DNA of 59,076 nt, from contig SHVJ01000002.1 of the NCBI GenBank assembly GCA_009694295.1, positions 1-59,076 on the forward strand, given 5' to 3'. The stretch is from Acidimicrobiia bacterium. Lineage in GTDB: Bacteria; Actinomycetota; Acidimicrobiia; IMCC26256; PALSA-555. This document shows, piece after piece, positions 28,524 through 36,756 of the stretch; the first letter of the stretch is position 1, and every line of letters starts with the position of its first letter. The position numbers and the translations under genes were made by a program. The notes under the pieces were generated by a model. The model worked only from the letters and a program-made list of their open reading frames with translations. It made no database searches and was not told the origin of the DNA.

Positions 28524-29335
28524 GCTACGAGCATCTGATCGTCGAGCGGCACGGGCCGGTGGGCTGGCTCATCAACAACCGGCCCGACCAGCTGAACGCC
28601 ATGAACGCCAAGATGCGCGACGAGTTCGCTGATGCGTGGATCGAGCTCGACAGTGATCCCGATGTGCGGGTGATCGTGCACACGGGCGAGGGCCGGGCGT
28701 TCCAGACCGGCGTCGACGTGGCCGAGATCGCGTCCGACGGCGTGGGCATGCAGCGCTACCGCGACTCGGCCGAGAACTGGGACTTTCACTTCACCTCGTG
28801 GCATCAGCACGTGTGGAAGCCAGTGATCACCGCGGTGAACGGCATCTGTTGTGGCGGCGGCTTCCATTGGGTTGCCGACGCCGACATCGTGATCGCCGCG
28901 TCCGACGCACAGTTTTTCGACCCGCATGTGTCGATCGGTCAGGTGGTCTCGATCGAGGCAATCGGGCTGATCCGCAAGATGCCGGCCGAGGCCGTGATGC
29001 GCATGGCCTTCGTCGGTCGGCACGAGCGCATGGGTGCCGCGCGCGCGCACGAGCTCGGCATGATCAGCGAGATCGTCGATCCGCCCGAACAGTTGCGCGA
29101 ACGCGCCCAGGAGCTGGCGGAGACCATCGCCAAGAACTCCCCGGCCGCGATGGCCGCGACCAAGAAGGCGCTGTGGGGCGCACTCGAGCACGGACTCACC
29201 GACGCCTGCCGTGAGGGTGCGAAGCACCTCGTCTCGATGTGGGGCCACCCCGATCAAGAGGAAGGCCCACAGGCGTTCGCCGAGAAACGCGAAGCCAACT
29301 GGCAGCCCCTCGCGCCCCGCGACTCCAGAATCTGA
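28520..29335 (+). CDS. enoyl-CoA hydratase family protein (tandem paralogue B)
   Basis: TGEGRAFQTGVDV ... AVNGICCGGGFHW ... its GTG overlaps the stop of paralogue A. Confidence 0.9.
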   Translation: MSYEHLIVERHGPVGWLINNRPDQLNAMNAKMRDEFADAWIELDSDPDVRVIVHTGEGRAFQTGVDVAEIASDGVGMQRYRDSAENWDFHFTSWHQHVWKPVITAVNGICCGGGFHWVADADIVIAASDAQFFDPHVSIGQVVSIEAIGLIRKMPAEAVMRMAFVGRHERMGAARAHELGMISEIVDPPEQLRERAQELAETIAKNSPAAMAATKKALWGALEHGLTDACREGAKHLVSMWGHPDQEEGPQAFAEKREANWQPLAPRDSRI

Positions 29336-29351
29336 TCCACATCCAAGAGCT

Positions 29352-30902
29352 GTGAGCCTCGCCGACCTGCTGTTCGCGCCGCCGTACGAGATCGCACCGG
29401 ACGAGGTCGTCGTCCACGTCGGCGAACAGGCCGTCACGCACGGCGAGCTCATCGAGCGCGCCGAGCGCGTGCGAGATTCGCTGGTCGAAGCGGGCGTCGA
29501 GCCGGGCATGCCCGTCGCCGTGATGCTCGGCAACGACGCCGACACGATCGCCGCACTGTTCGGAGTGTGGGCGGCCGGCGCCGTCTACGTCCCGCTCAAT
29601 CCCCGCGCCAGCGACGACGAAGTCGCACGCCTGTTGACCCTCGTCCCCCCAGCCGTCGTTCTGGAGAACGTGGGGGTCCGAAACGGGCCCGTACAGCCTC
29701 CAGAACGCGAGGTCGGGATTGAGGTCGGGATTGAGGTCGGGATTGAGGTCGGGATTGAGGTCGGGATTGAGGTCGGGATTGAGGTCGGGATTGAGGTCGG
29801 GATTGGGGTCGGGATTGGGGTCGGGATTGGGGTCGGGATTGGGGTCGGGGTTGGGCAGGTGACGCGGTACGACGCGGATGTGGCGTTGGTGCAGATGACG
29901 TCGGGGACGACGGGGCCGCCGAAGCCGGTACTGCTCACGCACTCGGGAGTGTTGTCGCTGCTTGACGGCGTGGTGCGGAATGTGCGCGGCGAAGGCCAAA
30001 CCAAGCGGTCGTCGACGCCGAACCTCGTGCCGGTCTCACTTTCGCTGTGGGCCGGGATCTACAACGTGTGCTTCGCTCTGCGCGTCGGGGCGCCGATCGT
30101 ATTGATGGAGCGCTTCGAACCAACAACGTTCGCGGCGCTCGTGGCAAAGCACGCAATCAAATCGGTCGTGCTTCCACCTGCGGCACTCGCCATGTTGTGC
30201 GAAGACGAAAACGACATCACATCGCTCGAACCCTTGGCCTGGGTGCGCTCGATCACCGCGCCACTCTCTCCATTTCTCGCGCGCCGCTTCCACGAGCGTT
30301 TCGGGATCGGGGTGTTGAACTGCTACGGCCAGACCGAGCTCGGCGGCGAGATCGTCGGGTGGAACGCGGCCGACTGGCGCGAGTGGTCGGCAACCAAGCT
30401 CGGTGCGGTCGGACGCCCGCACGAAGGCGTCGAGATTCGCGCCACCGACGACGGCGAGCTCGTCGTGCGCACACCCGCGTTCATCGCAGGCTTTGCGAAC
30501 GAAGCTGATTTCGCCGACCGACTCACGCCCGACGGCTGGTTCCGCACCGGAGACATCGGTTCGGTGGATGACGACGGGTTCGTCTGGATCGAAGGGCGAG
30601 TCTCCGATCAGATCAACCGCGGCGGCATGAAGGTCACGCCCGCCGAGGTGGAAGAGGTACTCGCGACGGTGCCGGGCGTCCGCGAGGTCGCCGTGGTCGG
30701 CGTCCCCGATGAGCGGCTCGGCGAAGTACCGGTGGCGTTCGTGGTGCCGATCGACCTGAGCGCGCCACCCGACCCCGCCGCCTTGGAGGCTCACTGCCGC
30801 GCGCACCTCGGCCCCTGGAAGGTGCCGGTGCGCTTCGAGACCCTCGCTACGCTCCCCCGCAACGAAGTGGGCAAGGTGCTCAAACGCGAGTTGGGGGCCT
30901 GA
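29352..30902 (+). CDS. acyl-CoA synthetase / AMP-dependent ligase carrying an in-frame 48-aa repeat insert
   Basis: VQMTSGTTGPPKPV ... NCYGQTELGG ... FRTGDIGSVDDDGFVWIEGRVSDQINRGGMKV ... PRNEVGKVLK. GTG start at 29352. Confidence 0.85.
   Translation: MSLADLLFAPPYEIAPDEVVVHVGEQAVTHGELIERAERVRDSLVEAGVEPGMPVAVMLGNDADTIAALFGVWAAGAVYVPLNPRASDDEVARLLTLVPPAVVLENVGVRNGPVQPPEREVGIEVGIEVGIEVGIEVGIEVGIEVGIEVGIGVGIGVGIGVGIGVGVGQVTRYDADVALVQMTSGTTGPPKPVLLTHSGVLSLLDGVVRNVRGEGQTKRSSTPNLVPVSLSLWAGIYNVCFALRVGAPIVLMERFEPTTFAALVAKHAIKSVVLPPAALAMLCEDENDITSLEPLAWVRSITAPLSPFLARRFHERFGIGVLNCYGQTELGGEIVGWNAADWREWSATKLGAVGRPHEGVEIRATDDGELVVRTPAFIAGFANEADFADRLTPDGWFRTGDIGSVDDDGFVWIEGRVSDQINRGGMKVTPAEVEEVLATVPGVREVAVVGVPDERLGEVPVAFVVPIDLSAPPDPAALEAHCRAHLGPWKVPVRFETLATLPRNEVGKVLKRELGA
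29709..29852 (+). repeat. 12-bp minisatellite: 8 x GAGGTCGGGATT, 3 x GGGGTCGGGATT, 1 x GGGGTCGGGGTT
   Basis: Counted directly from the sequence. It encodes (EVGI)8(GVGI)3GVGV in the ligase frame. Confidence 0.95.
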
Positions 30903-30903
30903 A

Positions 30904-32469
30904 GTGCGCAAGCAGCCGAACGTCGTGCTGATCATGAGCGACCAGGAGCGGTCGCGCGGCTGGATCCCTGAGGAGCTTCAATCGCAGCTGCCTGCCCGCG
31001 GCCGTCTCCAGCGCGAGGGCATGGAGATGCGCAACCACTACACGCACTCGTCACCGTGCTCCCCGTCACGCGCCACGCTGCTCACCGGCCAGTACGTACC
31101 CGAGCACGGCGTGACCGACAACGTGTTCGTCGACCCCGAGCAGCCCGACTTGCACACCGCCACTCCCACGGTCGGGCACCTGCTTCGCGACGCCGGCTAC
31201 TACACGGGATACGTCGGCAAGTGGCATCTGTCGTACGGCAACCCCGACATGGAGCGCTACGGCTTCTCCGACTGGAGCGGCGAGGACTGGGCGTGGACCG
31301 GGCTGGCCGGCACCGGCACGTACTACGACGAGATCATCACCACGAACGCCGAGCACTGGCTCGGCGAGCACGGCACGAGCACCGAGCCGTGGCTGCTCGT
31401 GGTCGGGTTGGTCAACCCACACGACATCTGCTGGTACCCGGCCGATCAGCCCGACTACCAAGCCGCGAACCGCGAGCTCACCGATCTGTACGCATCGATG
31501 ATCGGTGAGGCGGTGCCGGGCCGAGGCTCGATCGCCCTGTTTGAAGGCCAATACGAGGAGTACTTCGACCTTCCCGCCAACTTCGACGACGACCTCAACG
31601 CCAAGCCCGCCGTGCACAAGCAATGGCGCTGGGAGGACAACCACACGTTCTTCGGCAAGCTTGAGCTCGACGACGAGCGCACCTGGCGGCGCGCGCTCGA
31701 CTACTACTTCCACCTCCACACGCTGTCCGACGGGCACATCGGTCGCATCCTCGATGCCCTCGACGCCACAGGCAACGCCGACGACACCGTCGTGATCTTC
31801 ACGAGCGACCACGGCGAGCAAGCCGGATCACACGGCCTGCGGGGCAAGGGACCGTTCGCGTACGACGAGATCATGCACGTGCCGCTCTACGTGCGCGCAC
31901 CTGGACTCGCCGCGCCTGGCTCATCGACCGAATCGCTCACGTCGAGTGCCGACATCCCCACGCTCGTGTGCTCCCTCGCGGGTGTCGACGACGTGGCGGC
32001 CGCGACCATGTCGGGTGTCGATCTCACGCCGCTCCTGGCTGGTGAGGCCGACTCCGTGCGCGACCACGTGCTGTTCGCGCAGGAACAGGCCTGGCACATG
32101 TCGTGCGTCGGGCTGCGGTTCGCGTTACGCGGCTACTTCGACGGTCGCCACAAGTACGTGCGCTACTACGGCGTGGGTGGCGGGGTCGACAGCACCGGGC
32201 GCACGATCCCGTGGCAGAAGGGCATGCGCTTCGGGCCCGACGCATCGTTTGGCGACCTCGAGCACGAGCTGTACGACCATCAGGAAGACCCCGGCGAGCT
32301 GGTGAACCTCGCCGTCGACCGCGGCTACAAATCGGAGCTCCGCGACCGGTTCGACGCACTGCTCACGTTGGAAGCCGACACGTACACGCACACACGCCCC
32401 GCCGGTATCGGCGACGGCAGCACCCACTCCGCCGGGATGATGGAGCACTCCGCCTACTTCGAGAAATAG
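30904..32469 (+). CDS. type I sulfatase (formylglycine-dependent)
   Basis: NVVLIMSDQ ... HSSPCSPSRATLLTG (C-x-P-x-R signature) ... GKWHL ... IFTSDHGE. Confidence 0.9.
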   Translation: MRKQPNVVLIMSDQERSRGWIPEELQSQLPARGRLQREGMEMRNHYTHSSPCSPSRATLLTGQYVPEHGVTDNVFVDPEQPDLHTATPTVGHLLRDAGYYTGYVGKWHLSYGNPDMERYGFSDWSGEDWAWTGLAGTGTYYDEIITTNAEHWLGEHGTSTEPWLLVVGLVNPHDICWYPADQPDYQAANRELTDLYASMIGEAVPGRGSIALFEGQYEEYFDLPANFDDDLNAKPAVHKQWRWEDNHTFFGKLELDDERTWRRALDYYFHLHTLSDGHIGRILDALDATGNADDTVVIFTSDHGEQAGSHGLRGKGPFAYDEIMHVPLYVRAPGLAAPGSSTESLTSSADIPTLVCSLAGVDDVAAATMSGVDLTPLLAGEADSVRDHVLFAQEQAWHMSCVGLRFALRGYFDGRHKYVRYYGVGGGVDSTGRTIPWQKGMRFGPDASFGDLEHELYDHQEDPGELVNLAVDRGYKSELRDRFDALLTLEADTYTHTRPAGIGDGSTHSAGMMEHSAYFEK

Positions 32470-32492
32470 TCGCCCGACCTAGATCACCCGCC

Positions 32493-33656
32493 TTAAATGA
32501 AGGCGTTCTCCAGGGTGAGGCCGTAGTCGGGAAGCGCGCCGATCGCGATCGACTGCAAGGGCCCGACGCCGCGCCCGCCACCGGCCGGATCGTCGACGGC
32601 CACCACGCAGTCGCGGTGCTGATGGATGCGCCGAGCCACCTCGGGATCGGTGCAGTCGGCGAAGTAGTCGCCGTCGATGCTCAGGTCGCCGCGCCACATC
32701 CCATGGCGCACCCCGTCGAGACCGAAGTACAGGCCGGTACCAAGGTGGAAGCCCGTGTCTGACACCGGCGTGACCGCGAGCGGACGGGCCGTGCCGTCGG
32801 CATGCACAAAGGTGAAGGTGCCGCCCAAGAAGCGCCGGTTGGTGTCGTCGAAGCGCGCCTCGAGCCGCGCGTCCACGAACGGCTCCTCGCTCCCGTCGGG
32901 ATGCTCGATGCCACCGCGTAGGCGCTTTGGCGGCATTCCGGGCAGGTTCGCCTCCATGAAGTAATGGAAGATCACGTACTGCGATCCATCGGGTCGCGTC
33001 ATGAGCACCGGCGACCAACTCGTGAGGCTGTGCGGGTCGGGAGGGTACGTACCGGGTTGGAGATCGCGTGGCGGTTCTCCCACGCTGGTGCGCACACCCC
33101 ACGAGTGATCCCGCGCACTCATCCAGTCGGCTGCGTTCACGTCCTGGCGCACCCCGTCGATCTCGATCCAACCCTCGGCAGTGCCGGCCTGGTGGTAGCG
33201 CACGACATCGTTCGTGAGACGGGTGCCGCTCGGCGAGCGCAACAGCTCACGGTCCTCCATCCGCGCTGGCACAACACCGCGCAACACCACATCGAAGGCG
33301 ATGGGCTGCACGTCGTTGGGTTCCAGCACGATGCGGACCGCTTCGAGTGGTTCCACGATCTCGTAGCGCAGCGGTCCGACTGCCGCGGAGTCGGGATCAC
33401 TGCTGAGGGCACGACTCCCCCGCACCGTCCATTGCTCCCGCCCGCGCGAGATCCCACCGAACGCGTCGAGCACGTTGCGGTTCGTGTACTTCCCGAGCCC
33501 GAACACCGCCTGCACCGACCCGTCGTTCGCGCACGCCTGCGACCAGATCTTCTCGGTCCACCCGAGATCGGTCGACCCCACCATCGCGAACGTGTCGACA
33601 ACCTGGTGCAGCAACGTCTCGTCGGCCGGAACCAGGGGCCCGATACTCGTATCCAT
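32493..33656 (-). CDS. conserved-looking hypothetical protein
   Basis: A coherent 387-aa translation runs from MDTSIGPLVPADETLLHQ. No domain recognised. The upstream part of ORF 32493..34208 is antisense to the kinase-like gene. Confidence 0.6.
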   Translation of the reverse strand: MDTSIGPLVPADETLLHQVVDTFAMVGSTDLGWTEKIWSQACANDGSVQAVFGLGKYTNRNVLDAFGGISRGREQWTVRGSRALSSDPDSAAVGPLRYEIVEPLEAVRIVLEPNDVQPIAFDVVLRGVVPARMEDRELLRSPSGTRLTNDVVRYHQAGTAEGWIEIDGVRQDVNAADWMSARDHSWGVRTSVGEPPRDLQPGTYPPDPHSLTSWSPVLMTRPDGSQYVIFHYFMEANLPGMPPKRLRGGIEHPDGSEEPFVDARLEARFDDTNRRFLGGTFTFVHADGTARPLAVTPVSDTGFHLGTGLYFGLDGVRHGMWRGDLSIDGDYFADCTDPEVARRIHQHRDCVVAVDDPAGGGRGVGPLQSIAIGALPDYGLTLENAFI

Positions 33657-33686
33657 GGTGCGGAGACTACGCGTAGCCTGCGGCTC

Positions 33687-34730
33687 GTGACGCCGGGGGA
33701 GCTCGACAAGGTGGAGGAACTGCACGACCGATTTGCTGCATGGCTGACCGAGCAGGTGGGTGCACCCGTCGCGCTCGATGCGTTCTCGGTTCCTGGCCAC
33801 GGTGGGTTCTCGAACGAGACCTACGTCACGGCCGCAGAGTGGGACGGCGCGCGCCGCGGGCTCGTGTTGCGACTCGCACCCGCCGGCCCGGGCCTGTTCC
33901 CCGACTACGACCTCGACAAGCAGGCCCGAGTGCTCGAAGCACTGCGCGCACACACCGATGTCCCCGTGCCCGAGGTGCTCTGGCGCGAGCCCGGCGACGC
34001 GGCGCTCGGTCGCGCGTTCTACGTCATGAAGTTCGTCGACGGCCGGATTCCGCCCGATCGGCCCGGCTACCAGTTCGAAGGTTGGGTGAAGGACGCGCCC
34101 CCCGACGAGCAGGCGCGCGTCCTCGACGCCGGCCTCGATGCAATCGTCCGCATTCACCGCGTCGACGTGGATCACGCAGAGCTCGGGTTCCTCGACCGTC
34201 CCGAGCACGGCGACGGCCCGATCACCCAGGAGCTCGGATACTGGCGCGCATACCTCGACTGGGCGAGCGACGGCGCGCGCTACGAGACCCTAGAAACGAT
34301 CTACGAATGGTGCGTGGCCCATCGCCCACCGGAGCCGTCGACTCGCGGCCTCGTGTGGGGCGACACGCGCATCGGCAACCTCATCTACGCCGACGACTGC
34401 TCCGTGCGCTCGGTGATGGATTGGGAGATGGCGCTGCTCGGACCCCCCGAGCTCGATCTCGGGTGGTACCTCTTCCTCGACCGCATCGGACTCCAGTTCT
34501 TCCCGCCACTTCCTGGCTTCATGGATCACGACGCCCGGGTCGTCGCGTACGAGCACAAGCTCGGCCGGGCGCTGGAGCACCTCGACTGGTACGAGACCTG
34601 GGGCGGCTTCCGCGCCGCGTGCATCCAGATCCCGCTCGTCACGCTCGCCCAAGCCGACGCCCAGGCGACCGATCTCGCCGGACGAGAGCGCAACCCCCTC
34701 ACTGCCGAACTCCTTCGACGGATCACCTGA
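33687..34730 (+). CDS. phosphotransferase (APH / choline-kinase-like) family protein
   Basis: GHGGFSNETY ... FYVMKFVDG ... LVWGDTRIGNLIY (Brenner-like HxDxxxxN variant) ... VMDWEMA. GTG start at 33687. Confidence 0.8.
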   Translation: MTPGELDKVEELHDRFAAWLTEQVGAPVALDAFSVPGHGGFSNETYVTAAEWDGARRGLVLRLAPAGPGLFPDYDLDKQARVLEALRAHTDVPVPEVLWREPGDAALGRAFYVMKFVDGRIPPDRPGYQFEGWVKDAPPDEQARVLDAGLDAIVRIHRVDVDHAELGFLDRPEHGDGPITQELGYWRAYLDWASDGARYETLETIYEWCVAHRPPEPSTRGLVWGDTRIGNLIYADDCSVRSVMDWEMALLGPPELDLGWYLFLDRIGLQFFPPLPGFMDHDARVVAYEHKLGRALEHLDWYETWGGFRAACIQIPLVTLAQADAQATDLAGRERNPLTAELLRRIT

Positions 34731-34787
34731 GTCACTCAGAAAGAGAGGTGATTCTCAGGCTCTCTTCAGGATCCGATCGCGACACTC

Positions 34788-34821
34788 CTCAGGATTCATT
34801 TGCCAACCACGAAATCCTGAG
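34788..34821 (+). promoter_or_regulatory. 9-bp-stem hairpin (CTCAGGATT ... AATCCTGAG) whose 3' arm abuts or overlaps the GAGAGG Shine-Dalgarno of the next gene
   Basis: Read directly. It sits in a low-GC 100-nt leader that also holds a second hairpin, AAGAGAG(34741-47)/CTCTCTT(34760-66). Confidence 0.3.
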
Positions 34822-34832
34822 AGAGGTGTTGC

Positions 34833-35342
34833 ATGGCTGACGACGAGACCACACATCAGAGCGCAGACGCGACCGAAGAGACCAAGGCCCCGAAGGAACC
34901 GCGTGCCAGCGTCGCACTGCCGGTGTGGGCCCTGGTCGTTGTCGGCGTCCTCGCCGCCGGGGGCATCGGCTACGCGATCGGCAACAGCAACGACGATTCG
35001 AGGAACCTGATCAACCCGATCGCCGATGTCCGGTCGACGCCGGGCGACGACCAGAGCAACCGCGACGGCCAGGACAACGGTCAGGGCAACGACCAGGCGT
35101 GCCCCCGTCCGCTCGGCGGACGCGAGGGTGGGCAGCTCCAGGGTCCCGGCGGCCCCGGCGGGCCTGGGAACGGACCCGGTGGACTGCCAGGCGGTCCGCT
35201 TGGCCCCGGCTTCGACAACCAGGACCAGCGCGGCAACCAGGACGACAGCGAGGACCAGAACCAGGACCAGAACCAGGACCAGAACCAGGACCAGAACCAG
35301 AACCAGGACCAGGACCAGGAGAGCCAAGACTCCCGCGTCTGA
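34833..35342 (+). CDS. membrane-anchored low-complexity (Gly/Pro then Asp/Gln/Asn-rich) hypothetical protein
   Basis: The ATG follows GAGAGGTG. The TM helix is VALPVWALVVVGVLAAGGIGYAI, and the tail reads GPGGPGGPGNGPGG...DQNQDQNQDQNQDQNQNQDQDQ. It competes with an antisense ORF, which I reject. Confidence 0.5.
   Translation: MADDETTHQSADATEETKAPKEPRASVALPVWALVVVGVLAAGGIGYAIGNSNDDSRNLINPIADVRSTPGDDQSNRDGQDNGQGNDQACPRPLGGREGGQLQGPGGPGGPGNGPGGLPGGPLGPGFDNQDQRGNQDDSEDQNQDQNQDQNQDQNQNQDQDQESQDSRV
35253..35318 (+). repeat. hexanucleotide array (GACCAG/AACCAG) x 11
   Basis: Read directly. It encodes DQNQDQNQDQNQDQNQNQDQDQ. Confidence 0.9.
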
Positions 35343-35360
35343 TCTTCCAAGTTCGACGCC

Positions 35361-35839
35361 GTGCCCGAGCTCGGCGTCGATGAGGTGCTCACGACCACTC
35401 GCGCGGTCCGGCGCCGGCTCGATCTCACCCGCCCGATCGAGCCGGCGCTGGTACGCGAGTGCCTCGCCATCGCGTTGCAAGCACCGACGGGCGGAAACAA
35501 CCAGGACTGGCACTTCGTCGTGGTCACCGACGCGGCCAAGCGTGCGGCGGTCGCCGAAGAGTTCAAGGCCGGCGCGCTCGAGTACGCGCAGATGGAGAAG
35601 CCAGCCAAGCCTCGGCGCGAATTCACCGACGACGAGAAGGCCGCGCGCAAGCGCGTCATGGCGTCCTCGGGCTACCTGTTCGAACACCTCGCCGAGGTTC
35701 CGTGTCTTGTGATCGCGTGCGTGGAAGGCCGCTTCGACGGCGCGCCCCTCGTGGTGCAAGCCACCGCCTTCGCTCGATCCTCCCCGCCGTATGGAGCTTC
35801 ATGCTCGCGGCGCGTGCCCGCGGCGCGCCCGTCTGGTAG
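35361..35839 (+). pseudogene. nitroreductase-family gene, frameshifted and 3'-truncated
   Basis: LTTTRAVRRRLDLTRPIEPALVRECLAIALQAPTGGNNQDWHFVVVTD ... VVQATAF is followed by a frame change at 35769-35780 (ttcgctcg where ttcGgctcg is expected) into SILPAVWSFMLAARARG. The reading frame then stops after 4 more codons, and the usual C-terminal third is missing. Confidence 0.7.
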
Positions 35840-35840
35840 C

Positions 35841-35903
35841 TCAGACCGTCCAGCGCACGGGCATCCGCTTCAGACCGTGCCCACGGAGATGCTTGGTAGG
35901 CCC
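35841..35903 (-). pseudogene. orphan C-terminal remnant of a cytochrome P450
   Basis: It translates GPTKHLRGHGLKRMPVRWTV-stop. This closely parallels the end of the intact P450 at 36757 (GPVDRLHSNFNHGLKRMPVRWKT-stop). DNA blocks ccagcgcacgggcat and cgcttca/cgcttga are shared. Confidence 0.55.
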
Positions 35904-35918
35904 GCGTTCAACGCGGGC
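35900..35918. terminator. GC hairpin GCCCGCG-TTCAA-CGCGGGC
   Basis: A perfect 7-bp stem read directly. There is no U-tract, so it is at best a weak or bidirectional terminator. Confidence 0.3.
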
Positions 35919-36502
35919 GACGCAGCCGGGAGCGGGTGCGGCCCCATTTCCGACGCAGGCGTCGCAGCATGCGCTTCGCACGTGATGCGTTCGGATCCCG
36001 AAACGTGAAGATGCGGATCCCGGGTTCGAGCGCCACCGGCGTGCCGGCGAACTGTGCGACTCCGACGTGCAGCGAGGGCTGCTCGAGAACCTCAGTCTCA
36101 ACCTCGACGAACTGCGCGCGCCGGAGAAGCTCACTGATGTGCGCGGCACTGTTCGAACCGGTCGTCCCGCGGGCCCAGACGACTGTGGCTTCGACGGCGC
36201 AAAATTGCGGGAGCATTGCGATCATCCGGTCGATGTCGGCGCCGCCGAGAAAGGTGAAGAAGCCCGCGAGGATGATGAGCGATGCCGGCACGGCGCCCAC
36301 ATAGGCGACGGGGATGGTAGGCGAGGACGCCGAGCAGATCATGGCCTTGACCTGCGCAGACGCTGACTACCGTGATGCGTCCCGCGGGTGCGCGGTCGAG
36401 CGCGGCGCGAATGTGGCGCTGGAGCGTCGCGAGCCGGCGAGAGAAGCGAGAGTTCGGATCGTCATACTCGCGATGCCACCCATGCCAGTCCGTGCCTCCC
36501 AT
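35908..36502 (-). pseudogene. class I SAM-dependent methyltransferase with internal deletion and frameshift
   Basis: MGGTDWHGWHREYDDPNSRFSRRLATLQRHIRAALDRAPAGRITVVSVCAGQGHDLLGVLAYHP changes frame at about 36300-36316 into AYVGAVPASLIILAGFFTFLGGADIDRMIAMLPQFCAVEATVVWAR...RIFTF. The segment that normally lies between these two blocks (motif II region) is absent, and the tail is abnormally Arg-rich. Confidence 0.6.
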
Positions 36503-36756
36503 GCATCGATCGTACGTTCTGCCCTTGTCCATGCCTAGCGAGGGGCGAGATCGGTCCAGGCCTCGAGGAGTCCAGCAGCGAAGGCCGCGTGGCTCGGGGC
36601 CCGCTCCCCTGGCGATCGATCGACGCGGAGCCGGGCTTCGTGGGCGGCACGCAGGAAGGGGAATCGACGGATCGCCGGACGCGCGAGCGCTCGGACCTGC
36701 TTGACCGCCACTCCCCATCGGCCCCGAGGGTCTCGCTCGAATCCAGCCTCACCATG

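Noticed and set aside
29196-29999. Minus-strand ORF with a striking (NPDP)n/(NPDL)n repeat, which looks like a novel repeat protein.
   Set aside because: It is the antisense reading of the 12-bp minisatellite. The plus strand carries a complete ANL ligase with all motifs in one frame. Outside the repeat, the minus ORF is Arg/His-rich with no recognisable domain.
34755-35759. 334-aa minus-strand ORF containing (VL)n.
   Set aside because: It is antisense to the DQN-repeat ORF and to the nitroreductase remnant. The (VL)n run is just the hexamer repeat read backwards. There is no credible RBS or domain. The plus-strand call for 34833-35342 is itself only moderate.
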